This document shows positions 1 through 11,082 of a stretch of 64,000 nucleotides of DNA, one piece after another; within the stretch, counting starts at the first letter, position 1, and each line of letters starts with the position of its first letter. Under the pieces are notes generated by a model. It was not told the DNA's origin. It searched no databases and was given only the letters and a program-made list of their open reading frames with translations. The position numbers were made by a program, and so were the translations under genes. Source of the DNA: Blastocatellia bacterium (GTDB taxonomy: Bacteria > Acidobacteriota > Blastocatellia > UBA7656); the NCBI GenBank assembly GCA_046565505.1, contig JBKHYJ010000050.1:32415-96414 (forward strand). The letters run 5' to 3'.

Positions 1-157
1 GCGGCTTGAGCTTTGATAATTAAATCAAGTCGGGCCAGCTTGCCGGCGGTTTTACTTTCATATCGCATCGTGGTGTAATCCAGTTCTGAGTCCTGCGGGT
101 CCGGCGCAGGCCGTTGTTAATTCTCTTACCTCTCAAACTGTTCAAAGGAGGCTTGTC

Positions 158-2191
158 ATGAGACGCATCATTACCATCTTCACGCTCATGCTTTCAATCT
201 GCGTCGCCGCGGCGGCCCAGCAGAAGCGCGCGATGACGTTCGACGACATGATGGCGCTGAGGAACGTTTCCGACGCGCAGGTGTCGCCGGACGGCCGGTG
301 GGTGGCTTACACGCTCACCTCGACCGACATGAAAGAGAACGCCACGGACGCAGACCTCTGGCTCGTTCCGACATCGGGCGGCGACCCCGTGCGGCTGACC
401 ACCAGCAAGAAGAACGACACGCAGCCCCGGTGGTCGCCCGACGGCAAACGCATAGCCTTCGTCTCCGCCCGCGAAGAGAAGCCGCAGGTATTTTTGATCT
501 CGCCCACGGGCGGCGAGGCGGAAAAACTTACAGACTCCAAATCGGGGGTGCAGTCGTTTCAGTGGTCGCCTGATGGTCGCTCCATAGCTTTCGTCGCACA
601 GCAAGAGACGACTCCCGAAGAAGAGAAGAGGCAGAAAGATAAAGACGACCCGCAGGTCATAGATAAGAATTTCAAGTTCTCCCGCATCTGGGTCATCGAC
701 GTTCAGACCAAAAAGGCCCGCGAGGTCGTAAAGAGCGACCTCGTCGCCACGGACCCGCAGTGGTCGCCCGATGGCCGCTCGATCGCCTACACGGCTCTGC
801 CCACGCCGAAGGCGGACGACGGCAGCTTATCTGACATCTGGATAGCCGACGTAGAGTCCGGCAGGACGCGTAAGCTCGCCGACAACGAAGGCCCCGACAG
901 TTCGCCGAGGTGGTCGCCCGATGGCCGCTCTATAGCCTACCTCACGCGAGACGCGAAGCTTGGCGTGATAGGCCAGTCGCGGCTGAGCATCATCCCGGCC
1001 GAGGGCGGCGCGCCGCGCGCCCTCGTCTCGTCTTTCGATTACCAGCCCGGCCCCGCGAGGTGGTCACAGGACGGCCGCACGATTTATTTCAACTCGCCCG
1101 TCCGCACGACTACTCAGTTGTTCATGGTGCCGGCCGCGGGCGGCGAGGCGAAGCAGATTTCTAATGTCATGGGCGTGATGGGGCCGGCCACGCTCTCGCG
1201 GGATTGCTCGGTGGTGGCGTTCACGCGGTCCGACCTACAGCACCCGGATGACGTTTACGTGGCGAAGCTGCCCGGCATGGTCGATGGCGTCAGGCTGACG
1301 GACCATAACCCGCAGGTGCGCGAGCTTGCGCTGGGCGCGGGGGAAGTCGTCCGCTGGAAGAGCAAAGACGGTATGGAGGTCGAAGGCGTAGTCATATACC
1401 CCGTCGGCTATCAACAGGGCAAGCGTTACCCGACCGTGGCGCTCATTCACGGCGGCCCCTCCGGGGTGTGGACGCAGAGCTTTCCGAACTCGTTTGGCAA
1501 CTTCGGCCACGTGTGGGCGGGCAAAGGCTGGGTGGTCTTCTACCCGAACGTGCGCGGCTCGTCCTCGTACGGCGAGAAATTTCTCTTCGCCAACATCAAC
1601 GACTGGGGCGGCGGAGATTACCAGGACGTGCAGACGGGGTTGGATCACCTTATCGCGAAGGGCGTGGCGGACCCCGACAAGCTAGCGCAGTCGGGCTGGA
1701 GCTATGGCGGATACCTCACGGCGTGGACGCTGACGCAGACGAATCGCTTCAAGGCTCTGATGGTCGGCGCGGGGCTGACGAATATGTTTTCCATGTACTC
1801 GACGAATGATTTGCAGCGCACGCTCGAAGCTTACTTCGGCGGCGAGCCGTGGAATAACCTGGAGGCGTACCAGCGTGCGTCCGCCATGACTTACATCAAG
1901 CAGGCGAAGACGCCGACGCTCATCCTCCACGGCGCGGCTGACACGCGCGTGCCGCCCGGACAGGCGCAGGAGTTATACATGGGGCTGCGCAAAAACGGCG
2001 TGCCGGTCGAGCTCGTCTTCTACCCGCGCGAGCCTCATGGGCTGCAAGAGCCGCGACACCGGCTCGATAAGATGAGGCGCGAATACGCCTGGTTTTCAAA
2101 GTACGTGCTCGGGGTTGAAGTGCCCGAGCCGAAGCCCGCTAACGACGACAAGGGCGAAAAGAAGGTCGAAGACAAACCCTCCTCAAAATAA
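158..2191 (+). CDS. S9 family (prolyl oligopeptidase/acylaminoacyl) peptidase with PD40 beta-propeller
   Basis: Signal peptide, repeated WSPDG motifs, HGGP, GWSYGG nucleophile, LHGAADTRV and EPHG; GGAGG RBS. Confidence 0.93.
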   Translation: MRRIITIFTLMLSICVAAAAQQKRAMTFDDMMALRNVSDAQVSPDGRWVAYTLTSTDMKENATDADLWLVPTSGGDPVRLTTSKKNDTQPRWSPDGKRIAFVSAREEKPQVFLISPTGGEAEKLTDSKSGVQSFQWSPDGRSIAFVAQQETTPEEEKRQKDKDDPQVIDKNFKFSRIWVIDVQTKKAREVVKSDLVATDPQWSPDGRSIAYTALPTPKADDGSLSDIWIADVESGRTRKLADNEGPDSSPRWSPDGRSIAYLTRDAKLGVIGQSRLSIIPAEGGAPRALVSSFDYQPGPARWSQDGRTIYFNSPVRTTTQLFMVPAAGGEAKQISNVMGVMGPATLSRDCSVVAFTRSDLQHPDDVYVAKLPGMVDGVRLTDHNPQVRELALGAGEVVRWKSKDGMEVEGVVIYPVGYQQGKRYPTVALIHGGPSGVWTQSFPNSFGNFGHVWAGKGWVVFYPNVRGSSSYGEKFLFANINDWGGGDYQDVQTGLDHLIAKGVADPDKLAQSGWSYGGYLTAWTLTQTNRFKALMVGAGLTNMFSMYSTNDLQRTLEAYFGGEPWNNLEAYQRASAMTYIKQAKTPTLILHGAADTRVPPGQAQELYMGLRKNGVPVELVFYPREPHGLQEPRHRLDKMRREYAWFSKYVLGVEVPEPKPANDDKGEKKVEDKPSSK

Positions 2192-2218
2192 GAAACTTTA
2201 CGAAGACAAGAAACTTCC

Positions 2219-2260
2219 CGCGCGGAGCCCGCGACCACTTAAAGTCGCGGGCTCCGCGCG
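2219..2260. terminator. GC-rich hairpin downstream of the peptidase
   Basis: 17-bp inverted repeat CGCGCGGAGCCCGCGAC / GTCGCGGGCTCCGCGCG with an 8-nt loop; no U tract. Confidence 0.55.
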
Positions 2261-2463
2261 CGTCTAAGCCTTGATCCCGCCCTGGAACGTTGATTGCCCC
2301 ATCAAGCTATCTGGCATTGTCTCGCGCGTTTCTGTACCTATTGAATTCAGGTGCGCGCTTGAATGTGTAGCGTTTTCGACCCGATGACGGTTAAGGCAAT
2401 TTTAAGGATTTGCCCTATGCAGGTGTCCTGCGTATAGAAAGTCTACAAGGAGGGACGGGGGAT

Positions 2464-4008
2464 ATGAACATGCGAAAATTTACTACGGCGGTCGCGCTGC
2501 TGCTGCTTGTGCTCGCGGGCAATTCGTTCGCCCAGACTGTCGAGGTCACGGAGGTATCTCCGCGCGGGCAGTTGGTGGCCGCCAAGCGGCAGACGCTCGC
2601 CATCAGGTATAAAGATGATGACGGGACCTCGGTCAACATGGTCGGCACGGCCCTGAATCCGCAGGCGATGGGGAAGGCGGAGGTCAAGCGCAAAGAGGGG
2701 CGCACTCGGGTCAGGCTCGAAATGGATAACATGGGAAACCCGCAGGCGCTCGGCGCGTATTACACAACTTACATCCTTTGGGCGGTGGCCCCGGAAGGGC
2801 AGGCGGATAATCTCGCGGAGTTGCCGGTCAAGAACAAATTTGACGTGGAGGTCACGACGAATTTTCAGACCTTCGGACTAATCATCACCGCGGAGCCTCA
2901 CTCCTACGTCAAGCTGCCCAGCCCCATCATCGTCGCCGAGAACGCCTTGCGCAAGGGGACCGAGGGCGGCATTGAAGCGAGCCGGATAGAATACAGCGGC
3001 GACCCGGGCTCACTCTACGTAGTGTCCGGGCCTAACTCGCCCGCGATCAACGCCGACTATACGACCCCGCTCATCATCCTGGGCGCGCGCCGCGCCGTGG
3101 AGATTGCGCGCCGCGCGGGCGCGGAGCGGTACGCCGATTCTGAAATGCGGGAGGCGGAAGTTAAGCTCGCGGCCCTGGAGCAACTCTGGCCCCGCGAGCG
3201 CAAGGACCAGGAGAAGTTCAGCGGCATGGCTCACGACGTGATGCGGCTCGGGGAGCACGCGCGCGCGCTCGCCGTCGAGCGGATAGCCCAGGCGAGGATC
3301 GAATCCGAACGTCAGCAGGCGAGGTCCACGATAGCCGAGGCCCAGAACGAGGCCGACCGCGCGCGCAGCGAGGCCGAACGCGCCAAAGAGCAGGCGGCCG
3401 TCTACCGTGAGGCGCTCGCCCGCGCCGAGACCGAAATGGCTGCCGCGCGGAAGCGGGTCGAAGACGCGGTGACGGAGGCCGATAAGGCGAAGGCCAGGGA
3501 AGAACTCGCCCGCGCCGAGGCCGAGCGCGCCAGGCTCGAAGCGCAGCAGGCTAAGCAGGACAGCGCGGCGATGCAGGAGCGGCTGTTCGTGTCGCTGTCC
3601 GAGATACTTGAGACCAGGCGCGAAGCGCGCGGACTCATAGTGAATCTGTCGGACGTGCTATTTGATTTCAACCAGGCTTCGCTCCGGTCGGGCGCTCGCG
3701 AGAAGCTCAGCAAGCTCGCCGGGATACTCATAGCTTACCCCGGCGCGTACAGGATCGAGATCGAAGGCCACACGGACGCCGTGGGCTCGCAGGACTATAA
3801 TCAGAAGCTTTCGGAAGACCGCGCCACGACCGTTCGCGCGTACCTGACGCAGGCGGGGATACCGGATACGCGGATCGTGGCCGTGCGCGGCTTCGGGAAA
3901 ATAAGGCCGGTGGCGAGCAACGACACGGCCGAAGGCAGGCAGTTGAACCGCCGCGTGGAGATAGTAATCAGCGATACCGACAAAATGCCGAACGCGAATA
4001 ATCGCTAA
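2464..4008 (+). CDS. OmpA/MotB-family peptidoglycan-binding protein with coiled-coil stalk
   Basis: Signal peptide from ATG 2464, Ala/Glu/Arg-rich coil, C-terminal VLFDFN...IEGHTD...LSEDRA...NRRVEI. Confidence 0.9.
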   Translation: MNMRKFTTAVALLLLVLAGNSFAQTVEVTEVSPRGQLVAAKRQTLAIRYKDDDGTSVNMVGTALNPQAMGKAEVKRKEGRTRVRLEMDNMGNPQALGAYYTTYILWAVAPEGQADNLAELPVKNKFDVEVTTNFQTFGLIITAEPHSYVKLPSPIIVAENALRKGTEGGIEASRIEYSGDPGSLYVVSGPNSPAINADYTTPLIILGARRAVEIARRAGAERYADSEMREAEVKLAALEQLWPRERKDQEKFSGMAHDVMRLGEHARALAVERIAQARIESERQQARSTIAEAQNEADRARSEAERAKEQAAVYREALARAETEMAAARKRVEDAVTEADKAKAREELARAEAERARLEAQQAKQDSAAMQERLFVSLSEILETRREARGLIVNLSDVLFDFNQASLRSGAREKLSKLAGILIAYPGAYRIEIEGHTDAVGSQDYNQKLSEDRATTVRAYLTQAGIPDTRIVAVRGFGKIRPVASNDTAEGRQLNRRVEIVISDTDKMPNANNR

Positions 4009-4336
4009 CGCGGCGTGGGCAACCGGTGACTGAATGGAGCGGGGCCGCGCCGGAGTCGAAGTGTCAGCCTCCCGTCGGAGGCGCGCCGGCGCGGCCCCGC
4101 TCTGCTTGCCCGGCCCCTGATGGCTGCAAAGCCATTAGCGCCCGGCAGATTCGGCTCGACGAATTGTGCGGTCATCAGGGAATCGCCTCGCTTATTCGGC
4201 CCGGCACTCATGTAAGTCAGAGTGGACCCGGAGCCGGCTTGCTCCTTTGACGCGGGGCCACAGGATTAATCCATGTTGAGGCTTGATTCACCTCCGCCGT
4301 TTGTATAAAAGTGATGGTGAAACGTCAAAGGGCTAT

Positions 4337-5275
4337 ATGCGATTGGACTTGAATCTCCTGGAAGTATTCTGCTGCGTATACAAAGAGGGCAGCTTTTCGA
4401 GGGCAGCCCAAAAACTTCGCCTCTCACAGCCGACCGTCAGCGGGCACATCAAAAACCTTGAAGACTACCTGGGCGCGAAGCTGTTTAACCGCCTGCCCCG
4501 CCAGGTGGTGCCCACGCGCGCGGGCGAAATCCTCTACAGGCGCGGCCAGGCCATAATGGCCGAGAAGGAATCCGCGCTTCAGGAGCTGAAAAGATTTCTT
4601 AACCGCATGGAGGGCTCGCTCGCGGTCTGCTGCAGCACGATTCCTGGCGAATACTTGATCCCGCAAATAGCCGCCTCTTTCCATGAGCGGTTCCCCGCCG
4701 TCGTCATCGAGATGAACGTTTCCGACTCTCAGGCGGTTTGCAACGACACGCTGAGCGGCAAAGCGGAACTCGGGTTCGCGGGCGCGAGGATGGAGACGGT
4801 GGGGCTTGAGTTCCGCCACTTCGCCTCCGACGAGATGGTGCTCGTCGTCCCGAACAATTCGGAGTGGCGTAAGACGAAATCCATCAGCCTCGACCGGTTG
4901 GCTGCGAAACCGATGCTCGTGCGCGAGGCCGGGTCGGGGACCAGGCTAGCTTTTGAAAAGACGGTCGGGCGCGCGCTGAATGAGTTCAACGTGGTCGGGT
5001 ATTTCGGCTCATCTAATTCGATCAAAGCGGCGATCAGGTCGGGCCTCGGGGTGTCCGTGCTCTCGCTCTTGTCGGTTAAATCCGAGATCGAAAGCGGCGC
5101 GTTCAAGACCGTAGAGATCGAGGGAATAGACGCGCTGCGCCGCGACTTTTACGCCATCTTTAATAAGCACTTCGCCCTCTCCCCTATAGCCGAAGAGTTC
5201 CTAGACTTCGTGCTCCACAGGCCGGCGGGCGCCGAACACCGCCCCTCCCTCAGGCCGAAGCATTCTAAGCTTTAA
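4337..5275 (+). CDS. LysR family transcriptional regulator (CysL-like)
   Basis: GSFSRAAQKLRLSQPTVSGHIKNLE HTH and REAGSGTR; start chosen at ATG 4337. Confidence 0.92.
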   Translation: MRLDLNLLEVFCCVYKEGSFSRAAQKLRLSQPTVSGHIKNLEDYLGAKLFNRLPRQVVPTRAGEILYRRGQAIMAEKESALQELKRFLNRMEGSLAVCCSTIPGEYLIPQIAASFHERFPAVVIEMNVSDSQAVCNDTLSGKAELGFAGARMETVGLEFRHFASDEMVLVVPNNSEWRKTKSISLDRLAAKPMLVREAGSGTRLAFEKTVGRALNEFNVVGYFGSSNSIKAAIRSGLGVSVLSLLSVKSEIESGAFKTVEIEGIDALRRDFYAIFNKHFALSPIAEEFLDFVLHRPAGAEHRPSLRPKHSKL

Positions 5276-5449
5276 CTATAGCTCCGAGCGCAAACCATAG
5301 AGATTACCTATTGGAAATAATCCGGGGCCTTCCGATAAGCTTGATTATTGATCGGCCATCGGCTGGCCCGGCCTGCCGGCCGCTCGACCTTATAAAGTAA
5401 GGGCCAACCTGTAAGATTAATTCCGCCATTGCCGCCGGGGGAGGTCTAT

Positions 5450-6469
5450 ATGAAGAATCGGTTAAAGCCACTCGTGCTCGCGCTAATTTTATTGCCCGCG
5501 CCGGCATTGTGCCGCGCCGGCGCTCCGCCCCCGGAGCCTAAAGTGCGCGTATTCCAGTTCAGCTACAAAGCCACCATCAATCAAGTGCCGGGAGGCACAA
5601 AGCACCTGGGCGTGTGGCTACCCTACCCGACGACGGACGCGAACCAGGAGGTGTCTGATATCCAAGTATCAAGCCCCGGGAAACCCGCCGTGTACGCAGA
5701 ACCCAGGTATGGCAACTCGATCCTGTACGTCTCGGTGGATGACCTGGGCGCCGCACCCATCGATATACAGGTGAGCTTCAAGGTCCGCCGCTCGGAAAAT
5801 ATACGCAAGGACTTCGCCCGAGTGAGCCATGCGTCGAACGCGCCGCTCGACCCCGCGATTGAAATGTATTTGCAACCTGACAGACTTGTCCCCATCAACG
5901 CGCAGATCAGGCAGTGGGCGGCGGAAGTGACAAGGGGCAAGAAGACCGACCTGGAGAAGGCGCGGGCGATTTACGATTACACGCTGGCGACGATGAAATA
6001 CGACAAGAGCGGGGAAGGGTGGGGCCGCGGCGACATCCTCTACGCATGCGACGCGAAGCGCGGGAATTGCACGGACTTCCATGCGGTCTTCATCGGGTTT
6101 TGCAGGAGCCTCGGAATACCTGCCCGGTTCGCCATCGGATTCCCGCTCCCGGAAAAACGTGGCGAGGGGGAGATAGCCGGCTATCATTGCTGGGCGGAAT
6201 TCTACCTCAAAGGCTATGGCTGGGTCCCGGTCGATGCGAGCGAGGCCTGGAAGCACCCCGAGAAGCGCGACTATTTCTTCGGCGCGCACGACGAGAACCG
6301 CGTGCAACTGTCGAGCGGCCGCGACATCACCCTGCGGCCAAGGCAGCAGGGCGCGGCGCTCAATTACTTCGTCTACCCTTACGCGGAGGCCGATGGCAAG
6401 CCCATCGACACGATCAAGCGCGAGTTCCGATTCAAAGACCTGGGCGAAACCGACGCGAAGGCCTTCTGA
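5450..6469 (+). CDS. Secreted transglutaminase-like protein
   Basis: Signal peptide after GGAGG; GNCTDFH, HCWAEFY and WVPVD form a Cys-His-Asp triad. Confidence 0.88.
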   Translation: MKNRLKPLVLALILLPAPALCRAGAPPPEPKVRVFQFSYKATINQVPGGTKHLGVWLPYPTTDANQEVSDIQVSSPGKPAVYAEPRYGNSILYVSVDDLGAAPIDIQVSFKVRRSENIRKDFARVSHASNAPLDPAIEMYLQPDRLVPINAQIRQWAAEVTRGKKTDLEKARAIYDYTLATMKYDKSGEGWGRGDILYACDAKRGNCTDFHAVFIGFCRSLGIPARFAIGFPLPEKRGEGEIAGYHCWAEFYLKGYGWVPVDASEAWKHPEKRDYFFGAHDENRVQLSSGRDITLRPRQQGAALNYFVYPYAEADGKPIDTIKREFRFKDLGETDAKAF

Positions 6470-6549
6470 CCGGAAGGCGACCTGGTCAGGCGCAGGGCCG
6501 ATTCTCTGCCCTGCGCCCGCTCCTACGGAAGAGCCGCCCATACTTGTAT

Positions 6550-6593
6550 GCGGGAACGGGCGCGGGATACGAAAATCCCGCGCCCGTTCCCGC
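6550..6593. terminator. Hairpin between convergent genes
   Basis: 19-bp stem GCGGGAACGGGCGCGGGAT / ATCCCGCGCCCGTTCCCGC with a 6-nt loop. Confidence 0.65.
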
Positions 6594-6616
6594 GTGCCGG
6601 ATGCCACTTCTATGAA

Positions 6617-9565
6617 CTACTGAAGCGACTTCAGGTAAAGTATTAAAGCTTCGAGGTCGCCGGCCGACAGGTGAGAAGTCTTGCCGTGCGTGCCTTTGAT
6701 TACGCGGACGTTATTCGCCGCGAGCGCGGGGTTGAGCCGCCCGCCCGTGACGAGCGGGGCCAGGTTATTCGTACCCAACTGGTCTATCAATGGCTTGCCG
6801 CCGGGGCCGGGGGCCGTCGGGCTGTCCAGGCTCACGAGTATCTGGCCCATGCCATCGCCCGCGAGTTGGCCGCTCCTGTCGGCGACGGTGATCGGGACCT
6901 GCGTGGGCAGTATGACGGGCGGGGCGCCGAGGAAGCTCTTCGCGGTCGCCCTGTTGTGATCCGAACGGACCGTGCGGAAGTTGAACCCGCGCTCGCCCGG
7001 TTGTAGCAATGGCGAATCAGGCTCCAGGAGGATCTCCCTCACGGTGTGAGCGAACCCATAGTGCAGCCACCTCGGGACGGCGTCCCAGAAGGTCCTTAGA
7101 TGTTTCGTGTTCCGGCTGCTGAAGTTTTGCGGCGTGCCCACGTCCTGCGGCGGCCCGAACTTGATGAAGAAGTAGTCGGTGTTCGGGCGGAAGAAAGGCC
7201 CGTTGCCATCCACGGTTGATTCGCTGATGACTCCCGGCTCGTGGATGTTGTAATCCTGGAACGTGTCATCGACTACGCCGTTGGTCATCTTGTTGCCGTT
7301 GTGATGGCAGTCGGCGCAGCCCGCGCCGCCTTGCGCCACCTTATCAGTGAATATCTGTTTGCCCCTGGCGATCATCGCAGCCTCGGAAGAATCCGGGAAT
7401 TGCGTGAGCGGGTTCGGCAGCCGCCGCACCTCGTTCTGCGACCAGAGAATTTGCAGGTAAGCCATGTCGTAATAGCCCACCTTGAAAGCCTTGCCGTTGA
7501 GCTCCGGCCTGCCGATGGCCCTCGAATCTTCTTCGGTCTTCCTGAGCACGTACTCTTCGCGCGCCCTGAACCGCTCGACCGGGTCCGCCTGCGGGAAGAG
7601 CGGCGTCGGGGCGCGCTCGCCCAACAGCACCTCGCCGTTACACGCGGAGGCGTAGGCCATGAAGTCGTTGTTCAGCCCTTCGTACCACTCGGGCCAGTTG
7701 TCGGAGATGTCTTTGTTCTGCGGGCACACCTTCACCCCGCCGACGGCGTTCGCGGCGACGTTCCACTGGCAGCCATCCTGCCGCCCGTCCCAGTGGCAGA
7801 AGCCGCATGACTTATGCCCATCGTCCGAGTAGGCGGAAGAGAAGAACCACCTCAGCCCCACCTCCTCGTCTGTCGCGAACAGGCCCTGGCCGTTGCCGCC
7901 CGTCGTCGGGTCCGGCGTGGTCGGCGTGACGCCGACCGGCACGAATCCCGCGCGCACCAGGCCGCCATCGTTTCGCACGCCGAGGAACGAAACGTCTTCG
8001 GTCTGGAAATTGGCGACGTAGATCATGTCACCCGAGGGCGAGACTTCGACGCCCTGCGGAGTTATGCCGCCCGTCAATTCGATCCCGAGCGGGGTCAGTA
8101 TTTGTGACGGGTCGGCCGCGTTCTGATTTATGCGGAAGGCCTGCACCCTTTCCGAATGCGCGAACGTGACGAACAGCAGGTCGCCTTTTACGACCATCTG
8201 CTCGGGGCCGCTGCCCTTGATTATCTTCTGGGCGTCCGCGTGGTCGTGCAGGTCCACGTACTGGCCCGGCGTGACGAGCTGCGAGATATCGCGCCCCTCG
8301 TCCACGTACCGGTAGACGAACAGGTTTGTGGCCGTGTCGAAGACGTTCAGCTCGCTGCCTATGTCGTCAAACGTGGTCGCCTTGGTCGCGTCGCTCATCA
8401 CGGGCGTGTAGCCGAGCGGCTGGCCGTTGTTCTTTATAGCGACGCCATTGGCGTCCTTCGTCGGCAGCCCGTGGCCCGACTCCCGCTCGTTCAACCGCGT
8501 GTTCGTTTCCTGGCCGCTCACTATGCCCCATCGGCCGGCGACCTTCACGTCCGTCGCCAACCCCCCGAGCGGCATGACCTTGATTAGCGTGTTGGCGTCG
8601 CCCGCGACGTTGATGGCCGCGACCGTATGGCCGATCGTGTTGGCCACGTAAAGCGTGCGGCCATCCGCGCTCAGATCAAGGTCTCGCGGGTTCGCACGCT
8701 CCAGGTCTGTCGTGCCGGTCGGTATCTCCGCGATCTGCGTGAAGAACGGGCCGGGGTCCACGCGGAAGGCGCGCACCTGGTCCTTGAACCTGTCGGTGAC
8801 GTAAGCCCTCGTCCCGTCCTGATTGAAGATGACCTTCTCGCCGTAAAATCCCGTCTCAAATTCGCCGATGACCCTGTCGCTGGCCGTGTCGATCACGCTC
8901 GCGAAGTTCCCGAACATATTCAACACGACGGCGTAGTTGCGCGGGTATATGCGCGTGTTGAGCGGGGCGATCTTCACGCCTATCGGGCGCGTGCCGCGGC
9001 GGACCCCCTGCGGGCGCAGGTCCACCCATGTCATCACGCGCTGCGTGTGCGCATCGACGACGGCGACGCGCCAGTCGGGGTAACCCTCCCTGCCGGGGAG
9101 CGTGACGTAAAGCTTATTCCCGTCGGGCGTGAGCGCCAGCGCGCGGGGCTCGCTGCGGAACGGCTGCTTGCGGAAAGGCCAGAACTGGTTGCCGCTCTTG
9201 ACGACCGGGTTATTAGGGTTGATGCGCGTGCCCGGGTCAGGCCGCCCGTCGATGTAGCCCGCGCCGAACATAATCTTGGTGAAGCGTTCGAGGCCGCCTC
9301 GCTCCCCGGCCGGCTCCTGGCCGACTACGTCTTTGACCGGGTCGCTATTCTGGCCGGTGATTATTCTGCCCCGCGAGTCCGTCTTGACCGCGGTGGTGAA
9401 GAATCGCAGGTTGAACGGCGCCTCCGACGGCGTGCTCAAAACTCTGCGCTCGAACGGGGCCGAAAGCGTAGTGCTGACCTGATTGGCGCTCGTGCTGAAG
9501 GTGACCACCGCCACCCCCGCCACGAGCGCGAGCGCCAGGATTACATATTTAATTCTCTCGATCAT
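6617..9565 (-). CDS. Exported YVTN/YncE beta-propeller fused to a di-haem cytochrome c (bCcP/MauG-like) domain
   Basis: Signal peptide, propeller blades (LTPDGNKLYV, LSADGRTLYVAN), two CXXCH motifs (CGFCH, CADCH), terminal LILYLKSL. Confidence 0.82.
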   Translation of the reverse strand: MIERIKYVILALALVAGVAVVTFSTSANQVSTTLSAPFERRVLSTPSEAPFNLRFFTTAVKTDSRGRIITGQNSDPVKDVVGQEPAGERGGLERFTKIMFGAGYIDGRPDPGTRINPNNPVVKSGNQFWPFRKQPFRSEPRALALTPDGNKLYVTLPGREGYPDWRVAVVDAHTQRVMTWVDLRPQGVRRGTRPIGVKIAPLNTRIYPRNYAVVLNMFGNFASVIDTASDRVIGEFETGFYGEKVIFNQDGTRAYVTDRFKDQVRAFRVDPGPFFTQIAEIPTGTTDLERANPRDLDLSADGRTLYVANTIGHTVAAINVAGDANTLIKVMPLGGLATDVKVAGRWGIVSGQETNTRLNERESGHGLPTKDANGVAIKNNGQPLGYTPVMSDATKATTFDDIGSELNVFDTATNLFVYRYVDEGRDISQLVTPGQYVDLHDHADAQKIIKGSGPEQMVVKGDLLFVTFAHSERVQAFRINQNAADPSQILTPLGIELTGGITPQGVEVSPSGDMIYVANFQTEDVSFLGVRNDGGLVRAGFVPVGVTPTTPDPTTGGNGQGLFATDEEVGLRWFFSSAYSDDGHKSCGFCHWDGRQDGCQWNVAANAVGGVKVCPQNKDISDNWPEWYEGLNNDFMAYASACNGEVLLGERAPTPLFPQADPVERFRAREEYVLRKTEEDSRAIGRPELNGKAFKVGYYDMAYLQILWSQNEVRRLPNPLTQFPDSSEAAMIARGKQIFTDKVAQGGAGCADCHHNGNKMTNGVVDDTFQDYNIHEPGVISESTVDGNGPFFRPNTDYFFIKFGPPQDVGTPQNFSSRNTKHLRTFWDAVPRWLHYGFAHTVREILLEPDSPLLQPGERGFNFRTVRSDHNRATAKSFLGAPPVILPTQVPITVADRSGQLAGDGMGQILVSLDSPTAPGPGGKPLIDQLGTNNLAPLVTGGRLNPALAANNVRVIKGTHGKTSHLSAGDLEALILYLKSLQ

Positions 9566-10194
9566 ATTTTACCTCGCACGGAAAATTCTTCTCATAGGCC
9601 CCGCCGGGCCTCGCGGGCGGACGGCGGCCGTCGGAGCGGCGGGCTTATCCCGGGCCCTTGCGGGGCAGGTTGTTATTCGGCGGGTGCGGTGTGAGTGAGG
9701 TGAGGCGCCGCTTATCTATTGTTCGTCGTACCGACTCGCTTTGAAAAAATCTCCCTGTCGCCCGATCATTCCTGAGCCTTTAACCCTGCTTCGGCCGGAT
9801 GGCATCTAAGACATGCCGCCGCCATTACAAACAGAGGCCGGGTTTGCGGGAAAAATACCTGCCGGAGAAAAAAATACGCGGAGGGCGGAAAACAGAAAGC
9901 GGCGGGCGTTTAAGTCAATCCGGGCCGGCCCCGGCGTAGAACGCCGCGCAAGAGTCTCTTGCTTTTTCCTCAGCCTGCCGCCGACCCATTATCCTCATGT
10001 AATTTCCGGCGGCCTTACCTCTTACGCGCGGCCAGAAGATGTCGTAATAGGTGAGCGCCCATTCTATAAATCTATGCAAAATCGCGTACCCGTTTCCCGT
10101 TATAATCAGGCGAAAGAGATACTGAACGAGGCTGTTTGCGATACGAGGGCAGAGTTTTTATACATTGATTATACTTGCTGATTAAGGAGGAGTT

Positions 10195-11082
10195 ATGCCG
10201 GATCATAGTGATGAGCGTGAGAGAGGGTTTGAGATACTATTCGTTTTATGTTTGATCTTGATGATAGCCATAGGATTTGCCTTCATGTATAAAGGCCACG
10301 AAACGCATTCCGAATTCTGTAAAGCGGTGGGAGATGCGCTGGTAATAGCAGGCTTTCTGGGAATATTCATCGACCCTTTCGTAAAGAGACGTTTGGTCAA
10401 AGAGTCGATACGCAGCGTGGACAAGTTGCTGATCGGGTATGGTCTTCCGCCCGAGCTTCAGGACAGAATCAAAGACATTATGCGGACGAGAGTGGTGCGC
10501 AAGCCGATGCGCATCGACCACAGGCTGACCCCGGTTAATAATAAACAGGTTAAGGTTCAGACCAGCGTTAAGTATTGGTTAGAAAACATAAGTAATGAGC
10601 CACATGAGTTTCAGCAGCGCATCTATGTCGAGAAAGAAAAACAGCCTGATATTACTTTGTTATGCTGCGTCCTGGATGATAAGACAATCACATACTGCTT
10701 AGATAAAGAGAAGTTACAGCAAGAGGGCCTTTTAATTGATGACGGAATTCGATTGAATGGGTACGGGAAGAAAGTGTCAATACAGCCTTCGCGTGGCAAG
10801 AAAGATCGCCTATATCAGTTCTACGCGGAATACTCTCAGATACTGCCCGAAGATCACACTGATTCGTTTAACCTGGTGCTTCCAGACGTTAAAACGATTC
10901 ACGTGATTATTACGGCAGAATACCCCAGGGAAGACTTTGTTTTCGGCACCACGCTAGAGAAGGTTGAGGGCACCGGGGACCCTGATGAAAAGGAAAGATG
11001 GGAGGCGCAAAGGGCTTTCTTCCCTAACGAGCACATAACAGTATGGTGGCAGCCGAAGGCTACAGCGGGTGAAAAGAAATAG
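10195..11082 (+). CDS. Hypothetical protein: two N-terminal TM helices plus beta-rich domain
   Basis: AAGGAGG RBS, 295-aa ORF, two hydrophobic segments, AT-richer than the flanks. Confidence 0.75.
   Translation: MPDHSDERERGFEILFVLCLILMIAIGFAFMYKGHETHSEFCKAVGDALVIAGFLGIFIDPFVKRRLVKESIRSVDKLLIGYGLPPELQDRIKDIMRTRVVRKPMRIDHRLTPVNNKQVKVQTSVKYWLENISNEPHEFQQRIYVEKEKQPDITLLCCVLDDKTITYCLDKEKLQQEGLLIDDGIRLNGYGKKVSIQPSRGKKDRLYQFYAEYSQILPEDHTDSFNLVLPDVKTIHVIITAEYPREDFVFGTTLEKVEGTGDPDEKERWEAQRAFFPNEHITVWWQPKATAGEKK

Noticed and set aside
280-1080. Recurring TGGTCGCCCGA(C/T)GG DNA repeats
   Set aside because: They encode WSPDG propeller blades; not CRISPR or a regulatory array
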